This document shows positions 11,520 through 24,300 of a DNA stretch of 64,000 nt, one piece after another. Below the pieces are notes generated by a model that saw nothing but the letters and a program-made list of their open reading frames with translations, was not told the origin of the DNA and ran no database searches. The first letter of the stretch is position 1, and the number at the start of each line of letters is the position of its first letter. This stretch comes from Octopus sinensis (Eukaryota): NCBI RefSeq assembly GCF_006345805.1, contig NC_042997.1, positions 38,502,001 to 38,566,000 of the forward strand, given 5' to 3'. The position numbers were made by a program, and so were the translations under genes.

Positions 11520-11760
11520 GATTTATGTATGTATGTACAAATGTGACCGTTTGTGTACCGTTGGCGATTTTTTTCCTCGGTCTTCCCTTCTTTGAATCTT
11601 TCCTTTTCCTATGTTTCTGACGATGAGCTCCACTCGAAACGTTAAATCCTCCTTCTTTCCTTCTGTCCTCAGCGTCCAATAATACTATACTTGTTCCACG
11701 TCCTCGCGTTGTTGTGTCTTCTCTTTGTGTTTTCATGTTTGGATTAACTTTATGTACATA
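11520..11760 (+). mobile_element. Solo PLE pseudo-LTR, family A, with HHR motif at 11613-11647
   Basis: Similar to 53470-53680 and to 28690-28880 (minus); GTTT-CTGACGA-T-GAGC-TCC-ACTC-GAAACGTT-AAAT. Confidence 0.75.
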
Positions 11761-12219
11761 TATATCTGTGTATTCATGTATGCATGTATGTATGTATGCA
11801 TACACGAATGAATACACGTGTGTATATATGTTTACAAGCATGTATGCATGTATTCGCAGCATGTAATCTTTGGCACCAGTTTTATTGAGGTTAACATGAA
11901 GCTAACTACTGTAACACATTAAGTTAAGTACTAATTTATCTAAATTTATCGTCTATTTCTCATAATAGCGTAATTTAAAGAATTAAAATAAATACCGTGA
12001 CGTTTAACTTTGTCCCATAATTGTCAGATACATATTCTAATGCAAATCAAAAATTCATCTCAGTCTCACCATAGAGTTCATTGACTTTATCTAGTATGGA
12101 TCTCACTTGTTACCTATTTAGGTTCAACGCTAGATATAATAATAACCCTTTCTACTCTAAGTAAAAGATTTGAAATTGTCGACGAGGTATGGGATGGGGA
12201 GGGGGGGCTTAGTCGATTT

Positions 12220-12372
12220 CATAGAACCCGGTGTTCAACTGGTAGGTATTTGATCGGTCCCGAAAGGATGAAAGGCAAAGTCGACCTCGGCGGAATTTTA
12301 ACTCAGAACACAAAACCGGAGAAATGCCGCCAAGCATTTTGTTCGGTGGCCTAACGATTCTGCCAGCTCGCA
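12220..12372 (-). mobile_element. tRNA-derived SINE with Meta/MESC-like central domain; other copies 13172-13313 (-), 25340-25545, 30611-30831, 48265-48410, 60482-60735, 63247-63467 (+)
   Basis: GAGTTCAAATTCCGCCGAGGTCGACTTTGCCTTTCATCCTTTCGGGGTCGATAAATTAAGTACCAG is shared by the copies. The 63247 copy has a 14-bp TSD GGTTTGCAAGATTC (63228-63241 and 63468-63481). Confidence 0.85.
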
Positions 12373-12379
12373 GCCGTCT

Positions 12380-12650
12380 AGAAGAAGAAGAAGAAGAAGA
12401 AGAAGAAGACGAAGAAGAAGAACAAGAAGAAGAAGACGACGACGAAGAAGAAGACGAAGACGACGAAGAAGAAGAAAACGAAGAAGAAGAACAAGAAGAA
12501 GACGACGACGAAGAAGATGAAGAAGAAGAAGAAGACGACGACGAAGAAAAAGAAGTCGAAGAAGAAGATGAAGCAGAAGAAGAAGAAGAAGAAGACGAAG
12601 AAGAAGAAGTGAAGAAGAAGACGAAGATGACGAAGAAGAAGAAGAAGAAG
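12380..12650. repeat. (GAA/GAC)n trinucleotide repeat
   Basis: Directly visible; produces spurious poly-E and poly-S ORFs. Confidence 0.95.
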
Positions 12651-12879
12651 AATGATTTCATTTATTTGCCACAAGGGCGAAGGATGAGGGGGACAATATA
12701 GAGACAGACATAAAATGTTGGGGTTTACATATAATAATGAAATGATAAAAAAATGTAAAGATACACGGTATACTCTGCAAAAGAAGGAACGTATGCATAT
12801 CATACAAAGGTAAAAGAAAAAGAGGCCGGGAGGATGATAGAGAGGTGGCCATCCTGATGCAGGAACGTCTCTAGGAATA

Positions 12880-13165
12880 ATCGAGGAACCCCAGTGTCCG
12901 AGATTTCCCGGAAACTCAAGGAGCATGTGCTCTCTTTAGTTCCTTCTCTCCGACTCACAGGTCTACACTTAGAGAGGTACCAGCCACTCTTGCTATCTTC
13001 GCAACTTTCCCACACCTTCAATAAATTCACTCGAATACAGTACATCTCTCTCCACTCTCAATTTCCACTTCAAGCGAAACTTGTAAAAGTCAATGAGAGC
13101 TCTACCAAAGTGGAATATATTTGCCCAAATGCCTTTCAGCCTTGTACACCAAACAACCTCTTTCG
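12880..13165 (-). mobile_element. Probable L1/Tx1-like LINE ORF2 C-terminus and 3' end, decayed
   Basis: Minus strand gives VWCTRLKGIWANIFHFGRALIDFYKFRLKWKLRVERDVL, then a frameshifted ..ARVAGTSLSVDL*; the family assignment is from recalled similarity only. Confidence 0.4.
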
Positions 13166-13338
13166 CCACACCCTAGTGCGTAACTGGTACTTAATTTATC
13201 GACCTCGAAAGGATGAAAGTGAAGGTCGACCTCAGCAGAATTTGAACTCAGAACGTAGCGACAGGTGAAATATCACTGAGCACGTCCAGCGCGTTAACGA
13301 TTCTGCCAGCTCGCTGCCTTTACAACAACAACAACAAC

Positions 13339-13401
<63 letters not shown>

Positions 13402-13519
13402 TACTACCAACTAGACAGAAGGATATTGTAACTGAGATTCTTATTGTTGGAAAAAATGTTAAAAAACGGAATCCTAAAAGTAAAATTTCTTGAGATTTGA
13501 GATTTGTTGTCATTAAACA

Positions 13520-13690
13520 CCAGCTTTTCTCCAGTCTATATGTTCCACTCTCCTTTACCTCCTCTCTGGCCCTTTTCTACGATCTGATGAACAGCCATGC
13601 TCAAAACGTCAATTTTACCGCTATTTTACCGTCTAAAACTTTCACTGAGCGTCAATAAAATATATTCACTGTATACGTCTAATTGATTTA
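13520..13690 (+). mobile_element. Decayed PLE pseudo-LTR-like segment with a degenerate HHR
   Basis: GATCTGATGAACAGCCATGCTCAAAACGTC (core, short helix II, GAAA mutated to AAAA) followed by CTGAGCGTCAATAA, similar to pLTR family A. Confidence 0.4.
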
Positions 13691-16600
13691 TATTATATTT
13701 TCCTGATTTCTGTTTTAGATTCTCCTACACACTCACACACACTCACACACACACGTACACACACAAACATACATATATACACATATATATGTATATGTGT
13801 GTGTATGTGTGCGTATGCATATACATATATGTTTATATAGCAAAAGAGAGAGACACACACACATACACACATACACACACATACTCACATACAAACACCC
13901 ACGCACACAGACACTCACACACACATGTATATATTTTTTTCTTGCTTGAGTGAGTGCGTGTGGAATGACTATGGAATTTGTTTTGTACAAGACTTTTATA
14001 CTTCAGTTTTATACGTCAATCATTCTTTGAGGGGTGGGGGATATCACATGAAAATTACATTATTTGTAGCTTTATCAATCGACATTTCCTTAAATGGTAT
14101 TGCTCACGCTGAGATAAACTTAAAGGAACTAGAAGGGAATTGAATTAAATTCTTATTATAGGACCAAGAACTGACAAATCGCGAAGCCATCGTTAAACAC
14201 GCTCGAATATGATAAAAGTTGCATATATGAAATAAGGAAGATATTCTAATAAATGTCAATAATCGTAAGTCACAGAGAAATGGATTTGATTCTATATTTC
14301 TCTGGGACCGATGATCCTTCAAGGATTTTGCTGAAATTTCGCCATTATTGGATATAGCCTTTCTGTTCTTTTTTTCGGGCTTCTTGATGAATTCTGACAA
14401 ATTCATTCATCAGCTCTTCACATATGGTAAGGTATTTTGTGCGAAATGAATGTCATGGGAATATTCTTGTATCATGGTAATTGACTTGTGTCATAAATAA
14501 TTCTTTTCAACAGTCATTGTGAACTTCTAAGACTATATAGTACGCTGACGAAGATGGCATATTATAAATGTCATGTCATTATAAGATTTCTTATTGAAGA
14601 TCTTTAAATTTTCTTATTGGAGACTTAATATTACTGACGTCGCCATTTCGTCAAGAAAATCAAGAATGTCACATTTTCAAATTCCTCAACAAAAGCTAAG
14701 CATAAGATATTTTTGGTTAGTTTGGTGAAATTAGTAAATAGCGTCATACTAAATTTAATTATCTGCCCCTTGGGCTGATGGAAAAAATAATGTCTTTTGT
14801 GTCTAAATATGTAACTATAATGACTTTTGTGTCTAAATATCCAAGTAGAATGTTAATTGCATTGATCTAAAAGGTGTTCGGAGTACCAGTGAAAACATTT
14901 GATACAAATCCTTCTTCACGGCGAAATAAGTAAAAAATTATAGACTTCCTTATCCTTCTTCAGACAAAGCTGATGGGAAGCGAGATATACCTTCATTCCA
15001 CGAGAACATTAACAGAGGAAATAACGTACATACAACCTCCATTTTAACTTGGTTCTTAAGTTTGTTCACCAAATATTATTGGTCAACTGCATGTCGACCA
15101 AACATGATGGACTAGATCTATGTCCAAATGCATTCTTTCATATTTCATTTCAGGCAAATATACCCTCTCTACTTTTAATACGGTAGGACGTGATTTACGA
15201 AAGATTCTTTGGTGCTATTTCAGCAGTTAGAACTACAAGGTTCAAATTTAGACATTGACCCTTTAGGATTCACTCACTACGGTGCCTTCGCTTTCTTACT
15301 AATATCATCAAAAGAAAATATATGTAACCTAATTTCTCAACCAAAAGTTAGCATTAAATAAGAATACATATGACATACATTGCGAAGAAAATTATTTTCC
15401 GCCCCCTCTAAATTTAAAAGAAACGGAATCACCTAAGCATTAGCTTTATGATGTCAGATAGTAGTAGTAGTAGTAGTAGTAGTATAGTAGTAGTAGTAGT
15501 AGTAGTAGTGTAGTAGTAGTAGTAGTTGTTGTTGTTACGTCCTGTGTTGCTGTTTATGCTTAATTTCAAGTTTGATCATTCCTATGATAAATGGCAATCT
15601 AATTGTGAGCAACATGTCTTTTTTCTCCCCACCTCATTGAAATATATAATACTTTGGGGATTTAAGGAAACATATAGTTTGTGATGTGATGTGTCTACCA
15701 CGCAATAAGTTCTCGTACTTTCTAAAACAGTGAAGTTCACTCCGAGTAAGGTTTTGCTGTTATATAATCTTCATTTGCTGATTTGCTGTCAGTGTCCCTA
15801 ATGTTCAACGACTCAAAACATACACGCCATCTTGATTTATATATAGAAATAAGTGTTTCAGCTTTAGACTTATTATTCACGAACGTTATTCTGAGATAAA
15901 GAAAAGTTAATCATGGTATGTTCAGAAGAACAGTGACTGTCACCTTGGATCGAGTCTACCTAGTTCGTCTCTGGAATCTACTAGTGTATTATGGTTAGTG
16001 GATAGAATTCAGGAAATCCAAACCACAATACTTCATTTCATACTAAATTGTGGAGTACGGAGTACCCGGTAAAGTAGAGGCATGATATATCGGAAGCAAT
16101 ATATGTGAGTCTCATTAAGTCATCCAGTTAAATATTTATATACCACAGCTAGATCATATGCTACCTCAGAACTGACTAAGGACCTCACAACAGCAATGGA
16201 ATTAAGCGTAAAAGTTACATATAATACTTACATAATACACATATTCACAGTTAAAATATCTTTAATAAGCTCTTAATTATCTGCGAAAGAAATGTATTGT
16301 ATCAAACACGTGGAATAAAGAGCAGAAAATTTATTAAAAAGGAAAATATTTAATTTAAAAGTCAAGAGACAGCAAAAGTAAAATTATTGATATGGAAATA
16401 TAAACTAGAAGTGAGATAATTAATTATGCTTAAAAAGACAATGAAACAGTGAAAGAAAGAGATTGGCAGATAGATAGGTGGAGAGGAAGAGAGAGAGAGA
16501 GTAAACCGATAAATTAAGAAACACCTAACAAAATTGAGTATAATTCAGTAATAATGGTGACAGGAATTAATTGTCCAGTTCCATTCATAATTGTTATACA

Positions 16601-17022
16601 GTAATTTATTATAATGTGCATTGTAAAGAATTTTTGTTAAGCATTAAAGCTTACAGTCTGTCTCAATGACAACATGAACTGCGTAGAAGTAAACTGAAAT
16701 GCCGAGAAAATTGCTGACTTAGCTGTGAATTATGGAAGCTTAGTGATGTCTCCATTACCACGTTTATTACATTGGTGCAGAGGAAGCGATACTTAATCAT
16801 TAATGCTAAAACAGTGACAGATTAGCTATAATGTTAGATATAGGGGCATTTCAGAAATAGCTGTGTGAAGATGAGGTTGTTACAACATACTCGAAAAGCA
16901 ATGTTTTAACGTTGAGCAATTAAATGCATATTTTTCGATATGTATTTCATTCTTTTTGGAAAACAGAGAGGAATATGAATTAAAAGGATAATGATAATAA
17001 TAATAATAGTAACAACAACAAC

Positions 17023-17056
<34 letters not shown>

Positions 17057-18610
17057 GGAATGCTTTCAGAAAGCATTTACGAGCACCTTGACAACCAGAA
17101 TTTACTACCAGAAGGACAAAAAGGTTCCAGGAAGAAGGCTAGAAGGGCGCAGTTCTAAATGAAGTAAAAGTTAGAAAGAAAAACCTAACGATAGTAAGGA
17201 TAGAATATAGGAAAGTCTATGACACGATCCCACACTCATGGATAAGTAAGTATATTCAGTCTGAGTATATTCAGCAAAGCAGACAAAAATAAGAGAATCA
17301 GCTTTAGCATGAAGAAATGGAAAGTAGATCTCTTCTCAGGTGACACACACTTAAGGAAAGTTAATATCAAAAGAAGAATTTTCCAGGGGGATTCATTGTC
17401 CCCTTTCATATTTGTCTTATGTTTGATCCCCCTCAGTTTAGTATTAAGGAAGGCAAAGGCAGGGTATCAGTTTAGAAATATCAATGGAAAAATTAACCAT
17501 TTGCTCTACACAAATGATCTGAAGTTTTTTAGTAAGAATGAAAGAGACAGATTCCTTAACACAGACTGTAAGGCTTTTCAACAAAGATATAGACATGAAA
17601 TGTGACATAGATAAGTGTGCAATAAGTGTTAATATCGGTAGAAGACTACGTGGAGTTAGCTAGATTATACATAGACTCCTATATAGGCAATAGTGAAGTA
17701 AGTTTGTTAAAAGCTGCTAGAGTCACAGCAAGATGTAGGGAAACCAAAGGCTAAACGAATTTAAAAACCAGAAAATAAAACAGAAATTATCTGACTGGCA
17801 GGAGAATGCGTTGCATGGTTGATTCCCAAAGATAGTTGCAGCAAATAGTAGTAGTGAGACATGGTTATCGTTGCAGAAAAGAAAGCTGAAGAGGGGGACG
17901 GAAGATTTGTTAGTAGCTGCACAAGGTCAAGCATTAAGGACTAATTGAATAAAAGCCTAGATAGACAAATCCAAGTAGATTTCCAGTGTAGATTATGCAG
18001 ATCAAAAGAGTAAAGCGTTAGTCATATAGTAAAAGAATGTAGCATGCTGGCAGAGAAAGAATGCAAGAAAAGAATTGACAACCTAAGGAGAATAATCTAA
18101 TGAGAGTTATGTAGAAAGCTAGGATTTGAACATACTAATGAATGGTATGAACATGAACCTAGTAAAGTGCTAGAAAGTAAGAAATACAAGATGTTGTGGG
18201 ACCTTAACAATCAAACTGACAGAGTAATATAAGCTAGACGACCTTATTTCGTAGTGGTAAATGAAGAGAACAGAAAATGCCAGATAATTGACTTTACGGT
18301 TCCAAATGACGAAAAAATCAGTATGAGAGGTGTAGAAAAAATAGCAAAGTACCAGAACCTAGCTATTGAATTACGGAGACTATGGAAAGTGCGGGTAAAA
18401 TGTATCCCCGTAGTTATAGGTGCATTGGGAAGTATCCCCCAAACCTAAACAGATGGATAGAGGAAATAGGCATAAGCTCCAGAAAGCAGTGTTATTAGGG
18501 ACAGCTAGGATACTTACGAGGGTTCTTAGCATCTAAGGTTACATGTCGTAGCCCAATGTTAGGATTATTTTTCTTTTCCAACAGTCTAATCTCTTGTGTG
18601 TATATGAAAA
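17057..18610 (+). mobile_element. R4/Dong-clade (restriction-like endonuclease) non-LTR retrotransposon, decayed, adjacent to (TAA)n
   Basis: RT IFQGDSLSPFIFVLCLIPL..INHLLYTNDLK; CCHC-like CRLC..SHIVKEC; RLE domain WYEHEP..MLWD..ARRPYFVV..IIDFTVP..KYQNLAIELRRLW..PVVIGALG. A TAA array lies at about 16990-17056 and TGA/TAA repeats follow the 3' end. Confidence 0.9.
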
Positions 18611-18739
18611 TTATGATGATGATAATAATAAAAATAGTGATAAGAAGAAGAAGGAGGAGGAGAATTACCTAAATAATAGGTTACATTAATATGTCAGTAT
18701 TAATAAACTGTCTACAGTCTATCTAGCCTATGTGAAAGT

Positions 18740-19195
18740 CCTCTCCGAAAAGATACAAAAGATATGCGCCCATATGATATCAGAACAGTATTCAAAAGTA
18801 ATACAGCACTTCGCAAATATCTCCATCGAGTAAAACACCCAATAGAAGAGAATATGGTCAAAAATTACGTTTAATCCATCCCATGCAGCTGTGATAGGTT
18901 ATACAAAGGCGAAACATGCCGCCCCCTCAAAATAAGGGTAGATGAACATCGCAAAGCTGTGACAGGATGAAATATTGATAAATCGGGTATAGCTGATCAC
19001 GTATGGAAAAATGGACACCACCTCCCCCTGTGGGATGAAGTTAATACAGATAACACCACTGGAAAATACGAAAACTAAAAGAAGCAGCATACATGCTAGG
19101 ACACAAAAACCTCCTAAGCAGACTGTGTGCAGATATGAATAGCATATGGGAAACGGTATTAAAGAAGGATAGGAAAATATTAGATTTATAAACCC
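18740..19195 (+). mobile_element. Penelope/Poseidon-type PLE GIY-YIG endonuclease remnant
   Basis: YDIRTVFKSN..NYV*SIPCSCDRLYKGETCRPLKIRVDEH..SGIADHVWKNGHH..RKLKEAAYM, with stops and frameshifts. Confidence 0.85.
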
Positions 19196-19213
19196 TAAAA
19201 ATTCACTCCATAA

Positions 19214-19353
19214 TTGCCCATGGGCAAGTGACGTAGTGGTTAAGAGAGTGTGCTACTAACCCTAAGATTCTGAGTTCTATTATTATCACTATTATTACTA
19301 TTGTTGTTATTATTATTATTATCATTATTATTATTATTATTATTATTCATTGA

Positions 19354-19404
<51 letters not shown>

Positions 19405-19551
19405 TAACAACAACAACAACAACATCAAAAATACCCCAAGAAGGCTGGAGGGTGTATCAGCCGAAACGTTGTGTTAACAACAAACAAGATGAGGACAAAT
19501 ATCCGTCAGCTGTAAATAATGTGCATAATTCCTCATCTCTTAAATATAGAA
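19214..19551 (+). mobile_element. tRNA-headed SINE-like element with (AAT)n(AAC)n linker and PLE-type HHR tail, copy 1
   Basis: Same order and sequence as 39935-40846: head TGACGTAGTGGTTAAGAG..GAGTTC, then GACCTG(AAT)n, AAGGCTG..CAGCCGAAACGTTGTGTT, and tail CATAATTCCTCATCTCTTAAATATAGAA. Confidence 0.8.
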
Positions 19552-19596
19552 CTGTAGTCTCTAATCTATATTTGTGTGTGTCTGCGTACATGCAAT

Positions 19597-19646
<50 letters not shown>

Positions 19647-20159
19647 CATGTATCTATTGAACAACTCACACACGCTCAAACACACGCACGCCATCTGTGC
19701 ACATGCGTGCGTGCGCCTGTGTGTGTGCGCGCGCCTGTGTATGTGAGATAGGGTTGCTTCATGGAAAACATTCGAACGATTACGTTTGGGTCCTGTTCGT
19801 AAATCAAATCCAGATTACCACTGTTTTATGTTTCATCATATAATTACATTAGTATCGTTTGACACTGAAACATTGTTTTGAACGAAATGAAGGAGACATT
19901 TCATAACTGTTTTCTATCACGCAAATGCACTGATGTAATATCTGTTATTTACATAACTGTAGAAGAAACTGAAACCTGTTCACTTGGCGTTCATTCATTA
20001 CACTGGTTTACATATATGAAAAATAATGCGCCATTGTTTTTTTATTCCTTTTCATTACATCAGGTTGGCAAATTATGCAGAGACGTTACTTTTTCTCTCT
20101 TTGTATAACATAAGTAAATGATAAATTAAGATGCTTGCCTTATATTAACTTAAATGTTA

Positions 20160-21480
20160 AATCTAATATATTTTTTCTTTATTTTCAGTCTGTGAATATG
20201 TCTAGAGGCTGCATCAATTCACCAGATATATTCTGCTATGTCTGCAGGCAATTCACCCCTTCAGATTCCCGGAGCAATATTTCTCCTTTATTCTTGTTGA
20301 TGCGCTGCAATATTTCTCCTTTATTGTTGTTGAAGCGCTGCTGTTTAGCATAGCTTGGTTGCAAACTGAGAGACCAGGACAAGCCATTTGCACCTCACAA
20401 AGCTTGAAGAGCTGCATCAGTCAGCTTCAAATGTGGTCAGTTGGAAAACTTAAACTTATGCCCTTTGGAGTACCAATGGTACTAGGTCTTCAAGGGTGAT
20501 ACACTAAGTATCCCTGATATCTGTGTCTTTGGGATAGTAGCACATACAGCCAGCACTATGAACAAAAAGACTGGCCACTAAGAACCAGTTTCTTACCCAG
20601 AAATCACAACGTGAAAACTGTGTCACTAGCTAACCCTCCTTGCCAAAACAAAATTCTGCTGCCACGAATCCACATCAAATTATGCTTATGAAACATTTTA
20701 CGAAGGCCCTCAACAAGAATGGAGCTTCTTTCAAGTACCTGGAGTCAAAGTTTTCCCGTATAAGTGAAGGCAAGCTAAAAGCAAGAATCTTTGTTGGCCT
20801 TCAGATTCTGGAATTGATGAGGAACAAGCATTTTGAGGAAGCATTAGCAGGTCTCGAAGTGAATACCTGGTTTTCCTTCAAGAAGAGTGTCCAAAACTTC
20901 TTGGGAAACAGCCGCTCCCCAGAATATGAAAAAAAGATCCAAGACCTGATATCAAGTTTCCAACAACTTGGGTCTAGAATGAGTGTGAAGATGCATTTTT
21001 TGCACTCGCATCTCGACTATTTTCCCAAGAATTGTTGGGACTACAGTGAGGAACAAAGAGAGTAGTTCCATCAAGATATTCGCACCATGGAAACTCGATA
21101 CCTGGGCAAATGGACTGTCAGCATGATGGTGGATTATTGCTGGACATTGAAATGGAATGTTTCCGATGCACAGCACCAGCAGAAATCAAAGCGGTCCTCC
21201 TTCCTTTGAATCAATATGTGGGATAACCATTTGGAGAATATTTTTTATATTCATTTGGATTGATGTTGATCATTCTGATTCATTTCATGATGAACGTGGT
21301 TCATTTCATGTTGATTTGGAAAACATGTTCTTAAAACTAACAGAATGAGCTTTTCCGTGATTACTTGCTTCATTTTCATAAAGTAATGATTATTAAAAAT
21401 TCACAATTTTTATTATTATTAATTTGTATTTTATTCAACGTCCTTATGTGACAGAGCAAAACGATTTAGATATTTAACAT
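20160..21480 (+). mobile_element. Chapaev3-like (CMC) DNA transposon remnant
   Basis: MSRGCINSPDIFCYVC..DQDKPFAPHK..MPFGVPMV (Chapa Zn-finger region) and KHFTKAL..IFVG.QI..FLGN..MSVKMHFLHSHLDYFP..SEEQRE*FHQDI..RY.GKW..MMVDYCW; internally deleted. Confidence 0.75.
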
Positions 21481-21937
21481 ATCTAAGAATATGTAGCGTC
21501 ACATCCATGACGTAGCGTCACATAATAAAGGAAAAAATTCCCAAATGCAGACCAGAGTTATAGCCTGGTATACTAACATGAAATACTAAACGCAGTCGAA
21601 CGAATATAAAGACACTGAACAAGCAGTTCTACTTAGTTAATCTAATAAGTTACTGAATATATTCTACACTCACATTCATTTCTTCTACATTGTATTTTTC
21701 TATATCTAAAATCCTTTCAATGTTTTTGAAAATTTAGCTGTTATATGTGAACCCAGTTTAGCAGCCTGAGGTTTTACATATTTCTCAGTTAATTCATTTA
21801 GCTGACGCACCCACAGTATTTCAGACCAATTTCATAGAGAAAGACTATATTCAATTAGCTTTCTCTATCTGTAATAGTTATTTCACCCATAACTATACAC
21901 GTATATCCTCATCAATATTTTTCTGAGTAGATTTTTT

Positions 21938-22579
21938 GGATCTTTTCCTTTTGAACGGCAGATGTCAACACAATTTCTAGTTAACTAAACACTTTTAAAC
22001 TTCGTTATACTGGTAGAATGTGTTTTTGAAACATCATTTTCTCTTGGTTTTATTGAAAAAATTCTATAGTTTGTAAGATATTTCGTCTGAAAATCTGAGC
22101 ATTTCGGCAATTTTAACCAATCGATTACCTCCATTCAACTAAAATCATTTGCTGCGTCTAAAACTGAGACAACATCCTATAACTAACCCTAAACCTCCCC
22201 CCTAACCCTAACCATAACCCTTTTTTTTCTTTATTGTTAAATTAATTTAATTCCATTGCTTTATTTTTTTTTACACGCGTAACAATTAAATTAATTTAAC
22301 AATTAAGAAAAAAAAATTAGGGTTAGGGTTTGGGGGAGGTTTAAGGTTAGTTACGGGATGTTGTTTTAGTTTTAGACGCAGCAAATGATTTTAGCTTAAA
22401 AGAGGATTAGTTAAAATTCGAAAAATTAAACTACGTTAAACAAACAAATTACAACTTTCTCAAGAAAGCCAAGAGAAAAAATGTTTTATTTTGACACATT
22501 CTACCAGTATAACGAAGTTTAAAAGTGTTTAGTTAACTAGAAATCGTGTTGACATCTGCCGTTCAAAAGGAAAAGATCC
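21938..22579. mobile_element. Foldback MITE with ~300-bp inverted arms, GGATC termini and an 8-bp TSD (Merlin- or Mutator-like)
   Basis: GGATCTTTTCCTTTTGAACGGCAGATGTCAAC.. pairs with ..GTTGACATCTGCCGTTCAAAAGGAAAAGATCC. TSD GATTTTTT at 21930-21937 and 22580-22587. Inner arms carry CCCTAA/TTAGGG-like repeats. Confidence 0.85.
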
Positions 22580-22829
22580 GATTTTTTACATCTTCCAGAT
22601 ATTATTCTAGTGAAATTTCTATGTATACTGATAGAAATCAATATGTTGACAAAATATCAAAGTAGACTGAAGTGATACATTGCGGCGGTCACTGCCCTTA
22701 AGTATAATAAATCAGTAAATGAGTAATTGAAAAGATAATAATACAAGACTTGAGTATTTCCATATACTCCGGTAGTATGTTACATTCTGCTTAACAATAT
22801 TCACATTTAAGTTGATTATATCTTATACT

Positions 22830-23137
22830 GTGGAGGCGCAATGGCCCAGTGGTTAGGACAGCGAACTCGCGCTCGTAGGATCGCAGTTTCGATTCCCAGA
22901 CAGGGCGTTGTGAGTGTTTATTGAGCGAAAACCCCTAAAAGCTCCACGAGGCTCCGGCAGGGGTGGTGATCCCTGCTGTACTCTCTCACCACTCTTTCTC
23001 CCACTCTTTCTTCTGTTGGCCTGTTCGCTTAGCCAGCGGGGTGGCGTCATTCGAAGGCTAAAACAATGCGAACGCATTGTGACCAGCGATGTGTAACTAC
23101 ATCTGATGGACTGGTCGGTCACGTGATCACGTGATAT
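22830..23137 (+). mobile_element. tRNA-derived SINE family B (second copy 47626-47930)
   Basis: A box TGGCCCAGTGG, B-box-like GTTTCGATTCC, (CACGTGAT)2 tail; 12-bp TSD ATATCTTATACT (22818-22829 and 23134-23145). Confidence 0.9.
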
Positions 23138-23616
23138 CTTATACTATCCACAAAAACAATAAATGTAATAAGCTTATATAAAATAAAAACTAGTATAATG
23201 TATCCTAAGACATCAAACAAGAATTGATGTATAACATTTGCTTTCTTTTTCCGTTCTTCAGATCGTCTAAAGTGTGTATATGGTTCCAGAATGTTCTGTT
23301 TATAGCATGGCGGTGAAGAAATTTCGTGTTCGAAGTTTTACCTCATTCGGATTGTCATCGAGTCCAAATCCTTGTTATAGAATCGGTAGATTGCAGAGGG
23401 AAATGGCTTGCAGAATTTACTTAAAGCCCTTTATAATATAGCTTTAAATCAGGTCATAGTTGGCTTTAAATTTCATCATTTCAGGATCTATAAATTAAGT
23501 ACTCGTCAAGAACTCTGATAGAAATAATAATTGACTAGTTTATCCTCCAAAATTTGCAGCATTAAGCCTAAATTAGAAACCAGTATTATTGATTGATTGA
23601 CAGCGGTAGAATTGCA

Positions 23617-23751
23617 AATATTAACACTTTCACTTGCTAAAAACGACCACAACAACATCCATGAAAAACACATACATCATAAAGAAAATGGTGTTTTTCA
23701 TGGATGCTCCCGTTGTTGTGGTTGTTTTTAGCTAGTGAAAGTGTTAATATT
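23617..23751. repeat. Isolated inverted repeat (about 55-60-bp arms, short loop)
   Basis: AATATTAACACTTTCACTTGCTAAAAACGACCACAACAAC-ATCCATGAAAAACAC mirrors GTGTTTTTCATGGAT(GCTCCC)GTTGTTGTGGTTGTTTTTAGCTAGTGAAAGTGTTAATATT. Confidence 0.85.
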
Positions 23752-24002
23752 GTTGTTGTTGGTTCATTCATCATTGATCCTATTATTGATAAGTGGTAAC
23801 ACTGGTCGGCAATCTATCAAAGCGTCCTCCACTGACAATATACAATGCTCACATCAACATCAACTTTGGAACTCGAAGCGAAACCTATCTTTCCTATATG
23901 TCCTATTATTTGTCTCTGATTCATTTAACACGGTGTTGTTATTTGAACCAAAGACCTTGATAAACAAGGATACCAAAAGATAAAATCAGATACAGAAAAA
24001 TA

Positions 24003-24300
24003 CTATGCTAAACAGCAGCGCTTCGGCAACAATAAAGGAGAAATATTGCTCCGGCAATCTGAAGGGGTGAATTGCCTGCAGACATAGCAGAATATATCTG
24101 GTGAATTGATGCAGCCTCTAGACATATTCACAGACGGATGAGCTTGCTTCCAAATTTTGTACAAGTTGGCTATATACTGATACTCATATAATGGAGCCTA
24201 CTTGTGTAATTATATATAAATAACACCGTATAACACACTTTTTGTACTTGAGTAGCAACTGTTATTTCTTATCTTCTTACTCCTAGAAAGTATCCAAAAT
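24003..24300 (-). mobile_element. Second 5' fragment of the Chapaev-like element, inverted relative to the 20160 copy
   Basis: 24005-24135 is the reverse complement of 20187-20352, lacking a ~33-bp tandem duplication present in the first copy. Confidence 0.8.

Noticed and set aside
12209-12926. Poly-Glu, poly-Ser and poly-Phe ORFs
   Set aside because: Read-through of a (GAA/GAC)n repeat and an adjacent SINE; no splice or domain context.
14100-15200. ORF 14104..14406 and surrounding non-repetitive sequence as a host exon
   Set aside because: No recognisable domain, and neighbouring frames are full of stops.
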